Origin: a virus | Taxonomy: Duplodnaviria > Caudoviricetes | Length of the DNA stretch: 64,000 nt | IMG/VR virus record: IMGVR_UViG_3300000478_000013 | Coordinates: 1 to 64,000 of that record | Strand: one strand, 5' to 3' | Shown: piece after piece, positions 61,305 through 64,000 of the stretch | Layout of the letters: every line of letters begins with the position of its first letter | Position numbering within the stretch: position 1 is the first letter of the stretch | Program-made: the position numbers and the translations under genes | Notes under the pieces: generated by a model | The model's database searches: none | What the model saw: only the letters and a program-made list of their open reading frames with translations | What the model was told of the DNA's origin: nothing

Positions 61305-62432
61305 TCAGACTCTGACGCCACGGTCGACGGCGCGGCCGTTTACGATCACCTGGCCCTGGATCTGCTCCATGAACCAACCGCGAGACGGACGTCCCTGGTT
61401 GTAGGTGTCGATTGCGCGGGAGTCCAGCTCCTTACGCTGAGTGATGGTGCCGAGGGTCACCGGAGAAGCCGTGACGTAAACCTCACCAGGCTGAAGAACC
61501 TGCAAGGTGTCGTAGCGGTATCCGTCGGTGATGATCTCCATGCCGAGCATGGAGCCAAGACGACCTTCGAGGATAAGCTCGTGCTTGTGGACCTGGTCCC
61601 ACCAAGCAACGAAGTCTGCATCTGCGATGATGTCATCCCAGATATCCCATGCGATGACCATGGTCGCCGCTGGGGTACCCCAACGGTTGACCTGGGTACG
61701 CAGGGTGGTAAGAACGGAGGGGTTGAACGTGGTGAAGAGAACCAGATCGTTGAAGGTCGTGGCAGCGCGGTTAAGCAGCGCACGGGTGATCAAGTCCTCA
61801 CGACGAAGAATCGCCTCAAGACCGTCCTGGAACTTCTCGTCGAGAAGGTCAGTCGAAGCCTGCTCAATTTCCTTGTCCTCGATGAGGATGTTGGCGATGA
61901 GGTAGAACTCCGGTGGGTAGACGTAGGGCTGACGAATGCGCTGCTCTTGCACCTTCACGTCAGTGGTGACCTGGTAGGCCACAACGTCCTTACGACGAAC
62001 CTTGACGCGACCGGTCTGACCCTTGGAAAGGGGCATCACGGAAAGGAGGCGACGGCTAAAGCCTTCGCGACCAAGGGTCTCCCAGATCTCTTCCGAGATA
62101 ACCTCACCAAGAACCTGGAACTTGGTTCCAGACTTGTCGAAGTAAGCCTCACGAAGGTGGGCGAGACGAGCATTGGCGTTCTCTGTAGAGGCCTGCTTTG
62201 TGATAACGTCCTCACGAGACTGCGAGAGAACGTTGCTGATGACCTGCATCAGCTCGTGCTTAGAGCTAGCGTTAAGCTCGCCATTTGCACCAAAGGCAGG
62301 ACCGGAAGACAGGCGGCTACGGCCTCCTGCAAGACGAACACCACCACGGACACCGTCCTGAGAAGCGGCGGGAACGTCAGGAGCAGAGCGCATCACCTTG
62401 ACGCCGGGACCAGAAGCATACGGATTTGACAT
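61305..62432 (-). CDS. major capsid protein (HK97-like)
   Basis: 375 aa; LGREGFSRRLL...L..GQ...EAI..REDL...G.LGSMLGMEI..D....L.PGEVY pattern of large-phage MCPs; strongly biased codons; strong terminator downstream. Confidence 0.8.
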   Translation of the reverse strand: MSNPYASGPGVKVMRSAPDVPAASQDGVRGGVRLAGGRSRLSSGPAFGANGELNASSKHELMQVISNVLSQSREDVITKQASTENANARLAHLREAYFDKSGTKFQVLGEVISEEIWETLGREGFSRRLLSVMPLSKGQTGRVKVRRKDVVAYQVTTDVKVQEQRIRQPYVYPPEFYLIANILIEDKEIEQASTDLLDEKFQDGLEAILRREDLITRALLNRAATTFNDLVLFTTFNPSVLTTLRTQVNRWGTPAATMVIAWDIWDDIIADADFVAWWDQVHKHELILEGRLGSMLGMEIITDGYRYDTLQVLQPGEVYVTASPVTLGTITQRKELDSRAIDTYNQGRPSRGWFMEQIQGQVIVNGRAVDRGVRV

Positions 62433-62626
62433 TGTTTGTTTTCTCTATTGGTTGTTGGATTGTGAACAATGAGACTATTTTTTGGATAGGAGTGGTCCAT
62501 ATTCTCCTAAAGTTTTTCTAATACTGGCTTCTTGGCGTCCCGGAGATGATTTGCCGGGAGTTTGAGACTACGATATGAACATAATAGTCCATAACAAAAT
62601 TGTCTTTCTCCTGATCGAAGAAAATT

Positions 62627-62929
62627 TCACCTGAATCTTTTAATTTGTGCTTTTTGTAGCGATGCAGCTACCACAGAAGCAAATGACGACCCAACCACGT
62701 GCAATGCAGCATTAGCAACTGGCCTAAGTGCAGGAGCCAATCTCACCCCTAATTCTTGCGCTCCCTCAGGGAGAGTAAGGTCGCCTGTGATTTCTAAATC
62801 GGTTGTTGCAGGAGATGACACCACAACTGATTCCGCAAGATATTGCTCTGCTACGCTTCTGTACTCCCTTTGGTTGAACCCGTTTTTGGGAGGAGTATGC
62901 TGCTTGCTACTTGGTATCTGTACGGTCAT
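62627..62929 (-). CDS. hypothetical protein upstream of MCP
   Basis: 100-aa ORF filling the gap. Confidence 0.5.
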   Translation of the reverse strand: MTVQIPSSKQHTPPKNGFNQREYRSVAEQYLAESVVVSSPATTDLEITGDLTLPEGAQELGVRLAPALRPVANAALHVVGSSFASVVAASLQKAQIKRFR

Positions 62930-62978
62930 ACCCTGTATATACTATGAGGACAGGAAATGTTAGACAAAAGGATTTGTT

Positions 62979-64000
62979 ATGCTGTCCAAGGTTGAAGAGT
63001 ATAACTTGAAGATGAAACGCATGAGCCTGTCAGACAGGTACAGAGTCTTAGAGGAAGTCACTAGTGACCCTCTTACTTTCGTATTCCTTGATGTAGAGAG
63101 TGAAGAAACTTTCGAAAAGAAATGGAAGACTTTCCTAAGGTCTGCTAGAAAAGAGGACCATTCTTTTAGGACAAGCAACAAGAAGAAAGTTTGGCAGGAT
63201 AAGCTTCATGAGGTAGCTCCTGGAAGGTTTGTAGTTCGTGACACAGACCAACAGACCCCAACAAGAATAAGGGTTAAGGTGGAGGACCTCCTGGACCAAA
63301 ACAAAGAATTTTGGTATGATGGGTACCTCTTGCTCAAGAAGCTGAGGGACGAACCTGACGTATCTTTTTTCCTGTCTTCGAATGAACGATCGGAAAAGAT
63401 AACTCTATCGAAGATAGAACTTGGGATCACCAGGTTGCTAGACGGGAAAACAGCAAGACAAGTATCCAAAGAAACAGGATACTCTTACACCCATGTGATT
63501 AAGCTTCTAAACAGGTCGGAGCTTTCAGACGACCAAGTCAAATCCCTACTCTACTCAGGTGAAAAGGGCTCTTCTCTGGATAAGGCTGTGTCAGATATTC
63601 TGCGCAGGATCACAGATGAGATTCCTGTGGTGGACAAGAAGCTGGAGGGGTCGAAGTATCGTCCTGACTTCCTTCTCCCCTACTCCAAGGTCATTATTGA
63701 GGCCGATGGACTCTACTACCATAGAGAGGAGTTGGTGGGAAAGAACTACCACAGGGATAAGAGAACAGAATACGAAACTCTAGGGTATAGAAGCCTCTTT
63801 CTACGGGAAGATGAGATACTTACTCGGCCCTCTGCAGTTGAATCTGTCATAAGAAATGCTCTAGGTCTCTCAACAAGATTCTACGCCAGGAATACTAGGG
63901 TAGAGGAGATAGACGCATCGTTCTTCTCTTCCAACCACCTCATGGGTAAGGGACGAGGAAGATGCATCGGCCTATTACACAACGGCACAGTAGTAGCTGG
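62979..64000 (+). CDS. second Hef-like homing endonuclease, runs off the window end
   Basis: AAAGGA SD, ATG 62979 (MLSKVEEY); open to 64000; KLEGSKYRPDFLLP..KVIIEADGLYYH, LREDEIL, FYARNT, HLMGKG; paralog of 59564..61216. Confidence 0.8.
   Translation, partial: MLSKVEEYNLKMKRMSLSDRYRVLEEVTSDPLTFVFLDVESEETFEKKWKTFLRSARKEDHSFRTSNKKKVWQDKLHEVAPGRFVVRDTDQQTPTRIRVKVEDLLDQNKEFWYDGYLLLKKLRDEPDVSFFLSSNERSEKITLSKIELGITRLLDGKTARQVSKETGYSYTHVIKLLNRSELSDDQVKSLLYSGEKGSSLDKAVSDILRRITDEIPVVDKKLEGSKYRPDFLLPYSKVIIEADGLYYHREELVGKNYHRDKRTEYETLGYRSLFLREDEILTRPSAVESVIRNALGLSTRFYARNTRVEEIDASFFSSNHLMGKGRGRCIGLLHNGTVVA

Noticed and set aside
61581-62429. 282-aa + strand ORF and other long antisense ORFs (e.g. 43513..44139, 44302..44880, 28838..29284)
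   Set aside because: Shadows of well-supported genes on the opposite strand, caused by codon bias; no motifs or SD
7360-62945. CCTGTA as a phage promoter motif (near 7363, 12289, 23039, 62932)
   Set aside because: A hexamer that also occurs often inside genes, with inconsistent spacing to starts; cannot be supported without statistics
1-64000. CRISPR array or long tandem DNA repeats
   Set aside because: Intergenic gaps are all under ~200 nt and show no repeat-spacer periodicity; no cas-like motifs were seen
1-64000. Stop-codon reassignment (alternative genetic code)
   Set aside because: Recognisable genes are full length in code 11 and end in TAA, TAG and TGA; no suppressor anticodon among the three tRNAs

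Overview
The window is a gene-dense 64 kb segment of a large (jumbo-type) tailed dsDNA phage genome using the standard genetic code. The left ~38.8 kb is mostly + strand. It holds small accessory genes (DenV-like glycosylase, CoaB/aldolase fusion, DUF2829/Tad2-like protein, VanW lipoprotein, GNAT, nucleotidyltransferase, M23 peptidase, AAA ATPase, Pth2, DNA methyltransferase). It also holds a replication block (5'-3' exonuclease, dUTPase, SF2 helicase with two inteins, two 3'-5' exonucleases, DnaB-like helicase, sliding clamp) and translation functions (IF-1, truncated SerRS-like protein, tRNA-Gln x2, tRNA-Ser). The right ~24 kb is a - strand late/virion block headed by the major capsid gene, which is flanked by two paralogous Hef-like endonuclease genes. 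The best candidate for an undescribed system is the 2593-aa protein in the late block. By eye it contains a full ordered set of sigma70-like regions (1.2, 2, 3.2 and two region-4 HTHs), interleaved with virion-type beta repeats, and it lacks the promoter-melting aromatics. It sits among about a dozen - strand proteins that share an amphipathic leader and K/R-x-A sites, suggesting capsid targeting and proteolytic processing of injected cargo such as ChaB and 2H-phosphoesterase domains. All family assignments are from motif recognition by eye; no searches were run. Several genes hint at a Myxococcota-like host (inference only).
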